Source: Dehalococcoidia bacterium
GTDB lineage: Bacteria > Chloroflexota > Dehalococcoidia > Bin125
Length of the DNA: 64,000 nucleotides
Direction of reading: 5' to 3'
Assembly: GCA_965203995.1 (NCBI GenBank)
Contig: OZ241962.1
Location: 971,463 to 1,035,462 of the forward strand
In this document: in pieces, positions 9,741 to 19,272 of the stretch
Layout: the number at the start of each line of letters is the position of its first letter
Position numbering within the stretch: position 1 is the first letter of the stretch
Position numbers and translations under genes: made by a program
Notes under the pieces: model-generated
What the model was told of the DNA's origin: nothing
The model's input: the letters and a program-made list of their open reading frames with translations, nothing else
The model's database searches: none

Positions 9741-10761
9741 GGTCCGCGGCCGGGAGTTCGAACACGTCGGCCAGCAACTCGTAGGACCGGATCCGCGCCG
9801 CGAAGTCGTAGGTGATCGTCAGCACGATGAACTCGTCCACGTCGTAGGCCGCCGCCAGGCCTTCCAGCTTCTCGCGCACGCGCCTGGGCGACCCGTGGAT
9901 GCTGCGGTTCTGCATGTAGCCGATGTAGTCCAGCTCGGGCTGCGAGTAGGGGAAGTTCAGCGCTTCCTCAACCGACGGGATGCCCCCGCGCGCGCCGCGA
10001 TTGCCCTTGATCCGCCAGCACCAGCGGCTCCAGCAGAGTTGCTCCGCCTCTTCGTCGGTCTCGGCCACGGTCACCGAGACGCCCAGCGAGGCTCGCGGCT
10101 CCGAGCTGACCGGCGAGGGCTGAAACCGCTCGCGATACTTGCGCACCACCTGCTCGCCGCCCTCGGGTGAGATGAAGTGGGCGAAACAGTGCGACCAGCC
10201 CAGCTCGGCCGCGACGTGGCCGCCGTAGTGGGACGAGCCCAGCAGCCACAGCTCGGGCATCGGCGCGTCGGGCGGCGACGCGCGCACCTCGCGGTACTGG
10301 TGGTCGTGGGGCAGGTCGTCGGCCAACCAGCCGTACAGGTCAAGTAACTGCTCCGGAAAGTGGTCGATGCCCAGCGCCCCGGGACCATGCACCAGGGCTC
10401 GAGCCGTGCGGCCGTCGGAGCCCGGCGCGCGCCCCACACCGAGGTCAATCCGGCCCGGAAACTGGGTCGTGATCGTGCGGAAGTTCTCGGCCACCTTCAG
10501 CGAGCTGTAGTGCGGCAGCATGATCCCGCCCGAGCCGACCCGGATCTGCGAGGTGCGCCAGGCGACCTGCGGAATCAGCACTTCCGGCGAGGCGCAGGCC
10601 AGCGAGCCGGCGTTGTGATGCTCGGCCAGCCAGTAGCGCGAATAGCCGAGCCGGTCGGTGGTCTGGGCCAATTCGAAGGTCTCGCCGATCGCCGTCGCCG
10701 CCGTGCCGCCGTCGCGGATCGGAATCTGATCGAGCACGCCGAGTCGGATGTCGGAGGACAT
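9718..10761 (-). CDS. LLM-class flavin-dependent oxidoreductase (group 1 luciferase-like)
   Basis: RYWLAEHHN, GSGGIMLPHY, GRIDLGVGRAPG, WLLGSS. Confidence 0.92.
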   Translation of the reverse strand: MSSDIRLGVLDQIPIRDGGTAATAIGETFELAQTTDRLGYSRYWLAEHHNAGSLACASPEVLIPQVAWRTSQIRVGSGGIMLPHYSSLKVAENFRTITTQFPGRIDLGVGRAPGSDGRTARALVHGPGALGIDHFPEQLLDLYGWLADDLPHDHQYREVRASPPDAPMPELWLLGSSHYGGHVAAELGWSHCFAHFISPEGGEQVVRKYRERFQPSPVSSEPRASLGVSVTVAETDEEAEQLCWSRWCWRIKGNRGARGGIPSVEEALNFPYSQPELDYIGYMQNRSIHGSPRRVREKLEGLAAAYDVDEFIVLTITYDFAARIRSYELLADVFELPAADLSQAAVD

Positions 10762-10842
10762 GGCACGATCCTACAGCCGCGCCGATCCTCACTTCCCAGT
10801 CGCGCGGCAACGTCGCCTTCGACACATCGCGACTGTCACACC

Positions 10843-10863
10843 GAACGTGTGTACCAATACAAT
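10843..10863 (+). promoter_or_regulatory. LexA-type box GAACGTGTGTAC followed by -10 TACAAT
   Basis: One mismatch to GAAC-N4-GTTC, directly upstream of TACAAT (10858-10863). Confidence 0.6.
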
Positions 10864-10970
10864 GAGTAATGCCCGCCAACCTGCGAGGACTCAGGAACAA
10901 GTCATGAACCCGACAACCCGCCCAACATCACCCGACCTCCATGGCCCGTTCGCCGACATTCCTCACCCTC

Positions 10971-11020
10971 ATCTGACCTCAATCAGACAAAATCTGACCG
11001 GATCTGACCAAATCTGACAT
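10971..11020 (+). repeat. five degenerate 10-bp tandem repeats (consensus AATCTGACNN)
   Basis: ATCTGACCTC AATCAGACAA AATCTGACCG GATCTGACCA AATCTGACAT. Confidence 0.8.
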
Positions 11021-11199
11021 CATGAGGCCCGAATTCCCCGTCCACAGCACAAAATTCGCGCAATCCAACCAACACTCGCCGTGTTCTTGCCGCTTCACGC
11101 TTTTCTCCGGCGGGCTGATCGGGTTGGCGAGCAGGTCTCCGCAATCCAGGCGCTGGCCTAAGCTGGAGATTCACGCGTTGCGCGACAGGTCTGGAGACG

Positions 11200-12495
11200 A
11201 TGATGTCTGAGCCGCTTGCACCGATCAGCAGCCGCGCCGCCGACGCCGCCCGCGACGCCTGGGGCAGCTTTCCGGCGCTGCACAACGCCAACTCGGCCAG
11301 CCGCGGACTGACCGCAGGCACTGCGACCGCCTGGGGGCTCTCGGATCGCGCGCCGCTCACCCAGCGTCCGCCGATCTCCCTCGGCGGCGGCATCCCCGAC
11401 GCCGACACCCAACCGCGCGCTGAACTGCTCGCCGCCATGGAGCGCGTGCTGAGCCAGCCGGGCGACGCGCCCCTGGTCTACGGCGGGCCGCTGGGTTACG
11501 AACCCTTGCGCGACGAGGTCGCGCGCTTCTTCGCCCGCAACCATCCCGCCGCTCCAACCGCCGACTGGTACCTGCTGACCAACGGCGCCGCCGGTGCGAT
11601 CGAATCGATCTGCGCCGCCTTCGTCAACCCCGGCGACATCATTATCTCGGAGATTCCGACCTTCACCGGATCGCTGCGCACCATGCGCGGCAAGCAGGCG
11701 ACCGTCGTCGGCGTCAGCATGGACGACGAAGGCATCCGCCTGGACGAGCTTGAAGCGACCATCGATCGGCTGGAGGCCGAGGGCAAGACGGTCAAGCTGA
11801 TCTACACCCAGCCGACCTTTCACAACCCCACCGGCCTGACCATGACCCTGCAGCGCCGCCTCGACCTGATCGAACTCGCGGCCCGGCGCCAGGTGCTGCT
11901 GATGGAGGACCACGCCTACTCCGAGCTCTACTTCGACGCGCCGCCGCCGCCCACGCTCTCGGAGTTGACCGACGGCTGGGGCGTGCTCACGGTCGGCACC
12001 TTCTCCAAGGTGATCGCGACCGGGCTCCGCGTCGGCTGGGTGCAGGCCCGGCCGGAGTGGATCCAGGCGATGGTCCCCTCCCGCTTCGACATGGGCAACA
12101 GCCCGCTCCTGCATCGGATGCTGCACGAGTACATCGTGCGCGGCAACTTCCACGAGCACGTGGACCAGATGCGCCGCCTCTACGCGCTCAAGATGCAAAC
12201 CCTGACCGGGGCGCTGGAGCCGTTCGGCGAGCCCTACTTCAACGTGACCGAGCCGACCGGCGGCTTCTTCCTCTGGCTCAAGCTGCGCGACGGTCTGAAC
12301 GGCGATCAGGTGCGCGACTGCGCCGCCGAGGACGGGCTGACCTTCGCCTCGGGCAACCGCTTCTATCCCGCCAACGAATCCGGAGACGACGGCGAGTCGC
12401 TGCGGCTCTCCTACTCATGGCCGCCCGTGGATGCGCTGGAGCAGGCCGCCGAGCGTCTCGGCCGCGCCTTCCATCGGGCCGCCAACGGCGGCTGA
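11200..12495 (+). CDS. PLP-dependent aminotransferase, class I/II (2-aminoadipate transaminase-like)
   Basis: LGGGIP, YTQPTFHNPTG, EDHAY, GTFSKVIATGLRVGW, GGFFLW. Confidence 0.9.
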   Translation: MMSEPLAPISSRAADAARDAWGSFPALHNANSASRGLTAGTATAWGLSDRAPLTQRPPISLGGGIPDADTQPRAELLAAMERVLSQPGDAPLVYGGPLGYEPLRDEVARFFARNHPAAPTADWYLLTNGAAGAIESICAAFVNPGDIIISEIPTFTGSLRTMRGKQATVVGVSMDDEGIRLDELEATIDRLEAEGKTVKLIYTQPTFHNPTGLTMTLQRRLDLIELAARRQVLLMEDHAYSELYFDAPPPPTLSELTDGWGVLTVGTFSKVIATGLRVGWVQARPEWIQAMVPSRFDMGNSPLLHRMLHEYIVRGNFHEHVDQMRRLYALKMQTLTGALEPFGEPYFNVTEPTGGFFLWLKLRDGLNGDQVRDCAAEDGLTFASGNRFYPANESGDDGESLRLSYSWPPVDALEQAAERLGRAFHRAANGG

Positions 12496-12516
12496 GCGGC
12501 CCGACGAGGCCGGCGG

Positions 12517-13689
12517 TTAGTCCGACGCCGCCTCGGCCGGAGCCTGGAGGAAGTCGGGCACGTCCTGGCCGGCGTCGGTGAAGGCCTTGGCCAGGACGTC
12601 GTTGCGGCTGAAGGAAACCGCCCCGCCGCCCGAGGCGACCCACTCCTGGGTGCCGCGCACGGACTCGAGCTGACCCTGGAAGCGCGGCGCGACGTAGCGC
12701 GCGAACAGCTCGTAGGACTTGCGGATGCCCTCGCGGTTGGCCCACTCGTGGGCGAGCATCATCAAGCCTCCGAAGCCGCCCGAGTTCTCCTGCAGGATCT
12801 CGATCGCCTTGACCGCGTCGTCGGGGTCGCCAATGATCGCGCCGCCCGTCTCGACCGCGCCCTCGGGCGTCTCGGCCGTCCCGGGCAGGACCGCCTGCAG
12901 CGTGTCGCGGAAGTAGTCGATCTGCCACGCGCGCCAGCCCTCGCGGGCTTCGGCAAACGCCTGCTCGCGGGTCTCGGCGATGTACATCGGAATGACCAGA
13001 CGCCACTTGTTGCGGTCCACGACCTGGCCCTCGCGCTCGGCGACCTCCTCGACCTCGGTCCACTGGCCCTCGAGGTTCGAGCGTCCGCCGGGCAGGTAGA
13101 CGCCGATGCTGAGCATGCCCATCCCGTACTTGCCGGCCATCTGCCGTCCGGCCGGCGACACGGTCGAGGCGACCGCCATCTCGAAGTGCGGCTTGGTGTA
13201 GGGCGAGACCTGCAGCCGCGCGTCGGTCAGCTCGAACCAGTCCGTCTTCATGTTGACCGGACCGTCCTGCTTGAGCAGCGCCAGGATCGCGCGCAGCGAT
13301 TCGTCCATGCGCTGCCGCTGGTAGAGCGGATCGATGCCCATCATCCGCGCGTCCGACGAGAGCGCGCCGGGTCCGACGCCCATCATCGCCCGGCCGCGGG
13401 TCATGTGGTCGAGTTGGATCATGCGGTCGACGACCATCAGCGGGTGGTGATAGGGCAGCGAGATCACGCCCGTGCCGAGGCGGATATTGCTGGTTCGCTC
13501 GGCGGCCGCAGCGATGAACACCTCGGGCGACGCGATCAGCTCCCAGCCGGCCGAGTGATGCTCGCCGATCCAGGCCTCGTCGTAGCCAAGCTGATCGAGC
13601 CACTCGACCAGCTCCAGGTCGCGGTGGATCGCCAGCGACGGGTTCTCGCCGACGCGGTGGAACGGCGCCATGAAGATGCCAAAGTCCAT
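12517..13689 (-). CDS. LLM-class flavin-dependent monooxygenase (limonene 1,2-monooxygenase-like)
   Basis: MDFGIFMAPFH, WIGEHHSAGWE, GVGPGALSSD, SYELFARYVAP; start moved to 13689. Confidence 0.9.
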   Translation of the reverse strand: MDFGIFMAPFHRVGENPSLAIHRDLELVEWLDQLGYDEAWIGEHHSAGWELIASPEVFIAAAAERTSNIRLGTGVISLPYHHPLMVVDRMIQLDHMTRGRAMMGVGPGALSSDARMMGIDPLYQRQRMDESLRAILALLKQDGPVNMKTDWFELTDARLQVSPYTKPHFEMAVASTVSPAGRQMAGKYGMGMLSIGVYLPGGRSNLEGQWTEVEEVAEREGQVVDRNKWRLVIPMYIAETREQAFAEAREGWRAWQIDYFRDTLQAVLPGTAETPEGAVETGGAIIGDPDDAVKAIEILQENSGGFGGLMMLAHEWANREGIRKSYELFARYVAPRFQGQLESVRGTQEWVASGGGAVSFSRNDVLAKAFTDAGQDVPDFLQAPAEAASD

Positions 13690-13810
13690 TCGTCCTGCAC
13701 TTGCCACGATGTCCCCCCAGACTGCTTGCCCGGCCGCGTCGCCGGTCGGCGTTACCTTAATCGCGAGTCTAACCACCAGCCCATTCGCCGGGCAGCCGAC
13801 AGGGACCGCG

Positions 13811-15172
13811 ATGACGAACTCCTTCTATCTGCAGAACCGAGCATCGAGGTTCGATCCCACGATCAACTGGCGCGATGTCTACGCCGAGCGTCTGGCGACT
13901 CCGGAGATGGCGGCCCAACTGTTCAACTCGGGCGACCACCTCTGGATCCCTCCGGGGCACGCGTCGCTGCCGATTCTGCAGGCGCTGGTCGCCCGCAGCG
14001 ACGAGCTCGAGGGCGTCGAGGTGCGCGGCATCGTCGTGCCCGACGCGGGCTGGTTTACCGAGGAGATGATGTCGGCGTTCAAGGTCGCGCCGCAGTTCGG
14101 CACGCTGTTTGATCGCGACGCGGTCAACGCCGGAATCGCCGACTACCACCCGTACTGGCTGGTCGGAATTCACAAGGCTTGGGACGCGGGACGGGAGGAC
14201 GAAGCCTGGCCGATCGACGTGCTTCAGATTCGCTGCACGCCGCCGAACGAGGCTGGGTTCGTCTCGCTGGGCAGCTCGGTCTGGGACGGGGTGACCTCGG
14301 CCAAGCGGGCCAAGACGGTGATCGCCGAGGTCAACGAGAACGTGGTCGAGACCTTCGGCGATTCGTGGCTGCACGTGTCGGAGATCGACTGTTTCGTGCC
14401 GGGCGACACACCGGTCATGGTCAACCTCGAACATCCCGAACCGAACCAGGTCGACCTCGGGCTCGCTCACTACGTCTCGCAGCTCGTCCAGGACGGCGAC
14501 ACGATCCAGGTCGGCGTCGGCTCGCACTCGGGCGCGCTGGCGCGCCTGGGCGCGTTCGACGAGCGCGAGAATCTGTCCTACTTCGCCGAGCTGACGACCG
14601 AGGGGCTGGTCCCGCTGGTCGAGCGGGGGGTCATCACCGGTAAGTACTCGCAGACGCACCCCGACAAGTTCGTCGCCACGGTGATCGGCAACACCCCGGA
14701 CGAGATTGCGACCGTGCACCGAAATCCGGCGTTCGAGGCGTATTCGATCGAATATCTGCTCGATCCGCGTCAGATTGCACGCAACGAGAACATCGTCGCA
14801 ATCAATGGCGCATTGACGGCCGACCTGACCGGTCAGCTCGGCGTGCACACGATCGGTCCTCGCGTCTACGCCGGCGTCGGCGGTCACCTGGCCTTTGCGC
14901 TGGGCGCGTACCTGGCGCCCAAGGGCCGCTCGGTGACGGTGCTGCCCTCGACCAACCGCGACGGCACCATCTCCACGATCATGGCCCAGTTCGACCCCGG
15001 CCAAATCGTCACGGTCCCGCGAGACATCGCGGATACGGTCGTGACGGAGTACGGGATCGCGCGGCTACTTGGCAAGACAGTGCGCGCCAGGGCAGAGGAG
15101 CTCATCTCGGTCGCCCATCCCGACTTCCGGGCAGAGTTGCGTCGGCAAGCCCAGAAGCTGTTCTATCCGTAG
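13811..15172 (+). CDS. acetyl-CoA hydrolase/4-hydroxybutyrate CoA-transferase family
   Basis: DGDTIQVGVG, INGALTADLTGQ, GVGGHLAF, VVTEYGIA, AHPDFRAEL. Confidence 0.9.
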   Translation: MTNSFYLQNRASRFDPTINWRDVYAERLATPEMAAQLFNSGDHLWIPPGHASLPILQALVARSDELEGVEVRGIVVPDAGWFTEEMMSAFKVAPQFGTLFDRDAVNAGIADYHPYWLVGIHKAWDAGREDEAWPIDVLQIRCTPPNEAGFVSLGSSVWDGVTSAKRAKTVIAEVNENVVETFGDSWLHVSEIDCFVPGDTPVMVNLEHPEPNQVDLGLAHYVSQLVQDGDTIQVGVGSHSGALARLGAFDERENLSYFAELTTEGLVPLVERGVITGKYSQTHPDKFVATVIGNTPDEIATVHRNPAFEAYSIEYLLDPRQIARNENIVAINGALTADLTGQLGVHTIGPRVYAGVGGHLAFALGAYLAPKGRSVTVLPSTNRDGTISTIMAQFDPGQIVTVPRDIADTVVTEYGIARLLGKTVRARAEELISVAHPDFRAELRRQAQKLFYP

Positions 15173-15188
15173 TACCGTCGAACGTCGG

Positions 15189-15638
15189 ATGAAGCTCTAC
15201 ACGATCGGATTCACGAAGAAGTCGGCGCGCACATTCTTTGACGAGCTGCTGGGCTCGACTGATGCGCGGCGGGTGGTGGATGTGCGGTTGCGGCCGTCTT
15301 CTCAGCTCTCGGGGTTTGCCAGGGTGTCGAAGTCGGGCGGGGACCTGGAGTTCCTGCTCGAGCGGTTGTGCGGAATGGACTACGTCCACGTCCCGGAGCT
15401 GGCACCCTCGGTGGACCTGTTCACGAGCTACCGCGGCGGCGAAATCGCGTGGGACGACTATGCCGAGCGCTACACGGCATTGCTGGGCCAACGCGGGGTG
15501 GAGTCGCAACTCGATCCGTCTGTGTTCGCGGACGGAGTGTTGCTGTGCAGCGAGGACACGCCGGAGCGGTGCCACCGGCGGCTGGCGGCGGAGTATCTAC
15601 GTCGGCACTGGGGCGAGGTTGAGATTGTCCACCTCTAG
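15189..15638 (+). CDS. DUF488 family protein
   Basis: LYTIGFTKK, DVRLRPSSQLSGFA, LLCSEDTPERCHRRL. Confidence 0.88.
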   Translation: MKLYTIGFTKKSARTFFDELLGSTDARRVVDVRLRPSSQLSGFARVSKSGGDLEFLLERLCGMDYVHVPELAPSVDLFTSYRGGEIAWDDYAERYTALLGQRGVESQLDPSVFADGVLLCSEDTPERCHRRLAAEYLRRHWGEVEIVHL

Positions 15639-15645
15639 CAGTGCG

Positions 15646-16566
15646 CTAGGCGTGCTCGCGGATCCAGGCGCCGATCCGGTCGATGGCTTGTTGGCCCTCG
15701 GGCAGCATGGGGGCGAAGCCCTGCCAGACGTGGAACATGTCGTCCCAGATCTCCTCAACGACCTCGACGCCGGCTTCGCGGGCTCGGGCGGCGACCCGCT
15801 CGGTGTCGCGGCAGATCATCTCGACGGAGCCAGCCTGCAGGAGCAGCGGGCAGATGCCGTCGTAATCGGCGAAGACCGGGGAGACCAGCGGATCACGGCG
15901 GTCGGCGTCACCCGCGTACATCGCGGCCCAACCCTGCGAGGCGGTAATCGCGACGGTGTTGTCGGGGATGGTGGGATCCTCAAGTCCGAACGCCGCGAGT
16001 TCCTCGGGGCCGGCGGCGAGGTCGGCCCAGGGGGAGAGGCCGATGCCGCCGGTGGGCATGCGCACGCCGCGCTCGCGCGCGGCGAGCAGCGTGGCCAGCA
16101 TCAGGCCGCCGCCGGCGGAGTCGCCGCCGACAAAGACGGCGCTTGCCTCGCCCGGCTCGACCGGTCCGTTGGCCCAGATGTATTCGAGGCCGGTGATGGC
16201 GTCGTCAAGGGCGGCGGGGAAGGGGTGTTCCGGGGCCAACCGGTAGTCCAGGTTGAGCGCCACGCAGCCGGAGGCCCGGCAGATATCGGCGACCAGGCGA
16301 CGGTGCGTCCCGATCGATCCGAGCACGTAGCCGCCGCCGTGCACGTAGAGCAGGCGGCGGTTGGGGTCGGAACCGGGCAACACCGTCCACTCACCCAGCA
16401 CGCCGTTGATGTCAACCGCCGTGAGCGAGATGTCGTCCTGGAGCGGGAAGCTGAAGCCGGCTTCCATCGCTGCGCGTTGCTCGGCAATGCTGAGCTCGGC
16501 GCCAATCATGCCGGCGGCCTGGGCCTGCATGGCCTCGACAACCTGGGCGTACTGCTCCGATGGCAT
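15646..16566 (-). CDS. HSL-family alpha/beta hydrolase (esterase)
   Basis: HGGG, YRLAPEHPFP, GDSAGG, MFHVW. Confidence 0.92.
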   Translation of the reverse strand: MPSEQYAQVVEAMQAQAAGMIGAELSIAEQRAAMEAGFSFPLQDDISLTAVDINGVLGEWTVLPGSDPNRRLLYVHGGGYVLGSIGTHRRLVADICRASGCVALNLDYRLAPEHPFPAALDDAITGLEYIWANGPVEPGEASAVFVGGDSAGGGLMLATLLAARERGVRMPTGGIGLSPWADLAAGPEELAAFGLEDPTIPDNTVAITASQGWAAMYAGDADRRDPLVSPVFADYDGICPLLLQAGSVEMICRDTERVAARAREAGVEVVEEIWDDMFHVWQGFAPMLPEGQQAIDRIGAWIREHA

Positions 16567-16602
16567 GGACTCCGCTCCTGACTTCCGAACCGGTGGATCC
16601 GG

Positions 16603-17502
16603 TCAGGCGTGCTGGTTGATGAACTCGCCGATCCGCTCGATGGCGGCCTGTCCTTCGGGCAGCATCGGGGCGAAGGCGTGCCAGACGTGGAACATCTCGT
16701 CCCAGACTTCCTCGACGACGTCAACGCCGGCGGCGCGGGCCTTCTCGGTCACTCGGGTCGTGTCCGAGAGCAGGACCTCGGCGTCGCCGACCTGGAGCAG
16801 CAGCGGCGGCAGACCGGCGTAGTCGGCGTAGAGCGGCGAGGCGAGGGGATCGGTCGCGTCGGTCGAGCCGAGGTAGGCGGTGGCCATGCCCTGGACCATC
16901 GATGCGTCGGTGATCAGCGGGTCGGCGTCGGCCCGGGTCTGGATCGATTCGCCGGTGATGGCGAGGTCGGTCCAGGCGGAGATGCCGATGGCCGCGTTGG
17001 GCTGGTCGACGCCGCGTTCGCGCGCGGCGAGCAGCGTGGCCAGGGTCAGGCCGCCGCCGGCGGAGTCTCCGGCGACGAAGACGGAGTCGGCGGCGCCCGC
17101 GCCGTTGGGGCCGTTCCCCTGGATGAACTTCAGGCCTTCGATGGCGTCGTCGACGGCTGCGGGGTAGGGATTCTGGGGCGCGAGGCGGTAGTCGAGGTTG
17201 AGCACGGCGCATCCGGCCGCCCGGGCGATGTCCTCGCACAGCCGCCGGTGGGTGACCGGCGAACCGATCACATAGCCGCCGCCGTGGACATAGAGCAGGC
17301 GGCGATTGGGGTCGGACTCGGCGACGGTGACCCACTCGCCGGGCACGCCGTTGGCGTCGACCGGCGCGACGGTCGCGGCGTCGGTGGCGGGGAAGGAGCC
17401 CGCCTCCATGCCGGCGCGCATTTCCTCAAGGGTGGGGTTGCCCTGGCCGAGCGGTCGTTCCGCCAGCAATCCGAGGACCTTCTGCAATTCTTGCGATGCC
17501 AC
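16603..17502 (-). CDS. HSL-family alpha/beta hydrolase (esterase), tandem paralog
   Basis: HGGG, YRLAPQNPYP, GDSAGG, MFHVW; GTG start at 17502 after AAGGA. Confidence 0.9.
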   Translation of the reverse strand: MASQELQKVLGLLAERPLGQGNPTLEEMRAGMEAGSFPATDAATVAPVDANGVPGEWVTVAESDPNRRLLYVHGGGYVIGSPVTHRRLCEDIARAAGCAVLNLDYRLAPQNPYPAAVDDAIEGLKFIQGNGPNGAGAADSVFVAGDSAGGGLTLATLLAARERGVDQPNAAIGISAWTDLAITGESIQTRADADPLITDASMVQGMATAYLGSTDATDPLASPLYADYAGLPPLLLQVGDAEVLLSDTTRVTEKARAAGVDVVEEVWDEMFHVWHAFAPMLPEGQAAIERIGEFINQHA

Positions 17503-17616
17503 TTGTCTGTTCCTTGCCGTGTGAGCGCTTCCTGTCGCGTTGCAGGTTAACGACTCCGGTGCGCGATACTGGGCACATTCCGATCTCCCCCGAGCTGTGT
17601 CGAGAGGAAGTCCGAC

Positions 17617-18519
17617 ATGCGTGTACTCGCTCCGCCCAACGCCGCCACGCTGGCCGGCAAGATTGAAGCCGTCAAACAGTTGGAAGCCGACGGATTTGCC
17701 GGCGCATTCCTGCCGTCGATGGCGCACGACGCGATGACCGTGCTGGCCCTGGCGGCGGGCGAGACATCGGAGATCGAACTCGGCACCTACGTGATTCCGA
17801 CCTACACGCGACATCCCGTGGCGATGGCGCAGCAGGCGCTGGCCGTCAATGCCGCGGCGGGCGGCCGGTTCACGCTCGGCCTGGGACTCTCGCATGAGGT
17901 GGTGATTGCGGACTCCTGGGGGCTCGATTTCAGCAACGTCGTGCGGCACATGCGCGAGTACCTGGAGATTCTCGTCCCGCTGATGCGCGGCGAGGTGGTG
18001 CATCACCAGGGCGAGGCATTCGAGGTCCACTCCCAGGTCGAGCTGCCCGACTGCGAGGCGCCGCCGGTGATCGTCGCGGCGCTGGGACCGCAGATGCTGC
18101 GGGTCACCGGCCGGCTGGCCGACGGGACGGCGCTCTGGCTGGCGGGGCCGAAGTGGATCGAGGAAGTGGTGATCCCGGAGATGGGCGGCGCGGCCCGCGA
18201 GGCTGGCAGGCCCGCGCCCCGCGTGATCGCCGGTGTGCCGATTTCGGTGACTGCAGACCCCGATGGGACACGCGAGCGGATCTCCAAGGCGTTCGCGATG
18301 TACAACACGCTGCCCTCGTATCAGCGCGTGATCCAGGGATCTGGGGCCGACGACCCGGCGGGTGTGTCGATCGTGGGCAGCGAGGAGGAGGTCGAGCGTG
18401 AGTTGCTGCGCTGGCGGGAGATCGGCGTGACCGATTTCTACGCGGCCTTCGAGGGCGTCGACGCCGACGAGCGGCAGCGGACGCGGGAGTTCATCGCGGC
18501 GCTGGCGCCGAGCCTCTAG
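17617..18519 (+). CDS. LLM-class F420-dependent oxidoreductase
   Basis: PTYTRHPVAMAQQA, GRFTLGLGLSH, AALGPQML, LPSY. Confidence 0.9.
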   Translation: MRVLAPPNAATLAGKIEAVKQLEADGFAGAFLPSMAHDAMTVLALAAGETSEIELGTYVIPTYTRHPVAMAQQALAVNAAAGGRFTLGLGLSHEVVIADSWGLDFSNVVRHMREYLEILVPLMRGEVVHHQGEAFEVHSQVELPDCEAPPVIVAALGPQMLRVTGRLADGTALWLAGPKWIEEVVIPEMGGAAREAGRPAPRVIAGVPISVTADPDGTRERISKAFAMYNTLPSYQRVIQGSGADDPAGVSIVGSEEEVERELLRWREIGVTDFYAAFEGVDADERQRTREFIAALAPSL

Positions 18520-18556
18520 CCTGCGCACGACTCGACAGACGCTATTGGAGTCCGAC

Positions 18557-19228
18557 ATGGCTGTGTTTCTTGAAGTTCGACACCGGATCACGCCGATCAC
18601 GAACACCGCGTTCGACCTGTTCGTCGACTTCTACGCCGACACGGTGGTTTCGGCGATGGAGCGGCACGGGATTGACCTGGTCGGGGCGTGGAAGCTGACC
18701 GGCGGCGAGATGGGCTGGGACATGTCGCTGCAGCGGTACGAGAGCATGGCGCACGCGGAGGAGTGCCTGGCTTCGCTGGGTCAGGATCAGGCGCTGTGGT
18801 CGGCGGTCGAGAAGCTGCGCGGCGAGATTGAGATTGAAGAGGTGACGAAGTTCACGCAGAGCGTCTCCTACGGGAGCGCCGAGCGGCTGGAGGCGGCGCT
18901 GGAGGCGTCGCCCGAGCAGCCGCGTCAGTACATGCTGGCGGTGCTGCAGACGGCGACGGGCGGTCTGCTGCCTGCGATTGAGGCGATCGGCGGGCTGGTC
19001 GAGACGATGGACTCGGCCGGCGCGCTGCAACTGGTGACGGCGTATGCGTCGCGGATCGGGCGCTCGGGCGAGCTGACCGACCTGTGGATCATGCCGCACG
19101 GTCCGGGCGGGATGATGGAGTACCGGGCGGGCGATCCGCTCAGGGAGATCATCGAGCCGTTGCGCGAACACGCGCCGGAGGAGTCGATCTACTTCATGAA
19201 TCCTCTGCCGTACTCGAAGTTGCAGTAA
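18557..19228 (+). CDS. NIPSNAP-like dimeric alpha/beta-barrel protein
   Basis: Two repeats of an LVGAW/LVTAY-type module; C-terminal PLPYSKLQ typical of NIPSNAP. Confidence 0.65.
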   Translation: MAVFLEVRHRITPITNTAFDLFVDFYADTVVSAMERHGIDLVGAWKLTGGEMGWDMSLQRYESMAHAEECLASLGQDQALWSAVEKLRGEIEIEEVTKFTQSVSYGSAERLEAALEASPEQPRQYMLAVLQTATGGLLPAIEAIGGLVETMDSAGALQLVTAYASRIGRSGELTDLWIMPHGPGGMMEYRAGDPLREIIEPLREHAPEESIYFMNPLPYSKLQ

Positions 19229-19235
19229 GGGGAGG

Positions 19236-19267
19236 GCCCTCACCCTAACCCTCTCCCTCGGGGAGAG
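19236..19267 (+). repeat. REP-like palindrome copy A (CCCTCACCCTAACCCTCTCCC-TCG-GGGAGAG)
   Basis: Hairpin; essentially identical in reverse complement to 60403-60434. Confidence 0.85.
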
Positions 19268-19272
19268 AGAAT

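Noticed and set aside
10971-11020. CRISPR array (also considered 20690-20800 and 62073-62144)
   Set aside because: Units are 10-12 bp, contiguous, without spacers; no cas genes
16603-18606. 667-aa ORF as one fusion protein
   Set aside because: The N-terminal half is antisense to the LLM gene; the esterase has its own RBS and GTG at 17502
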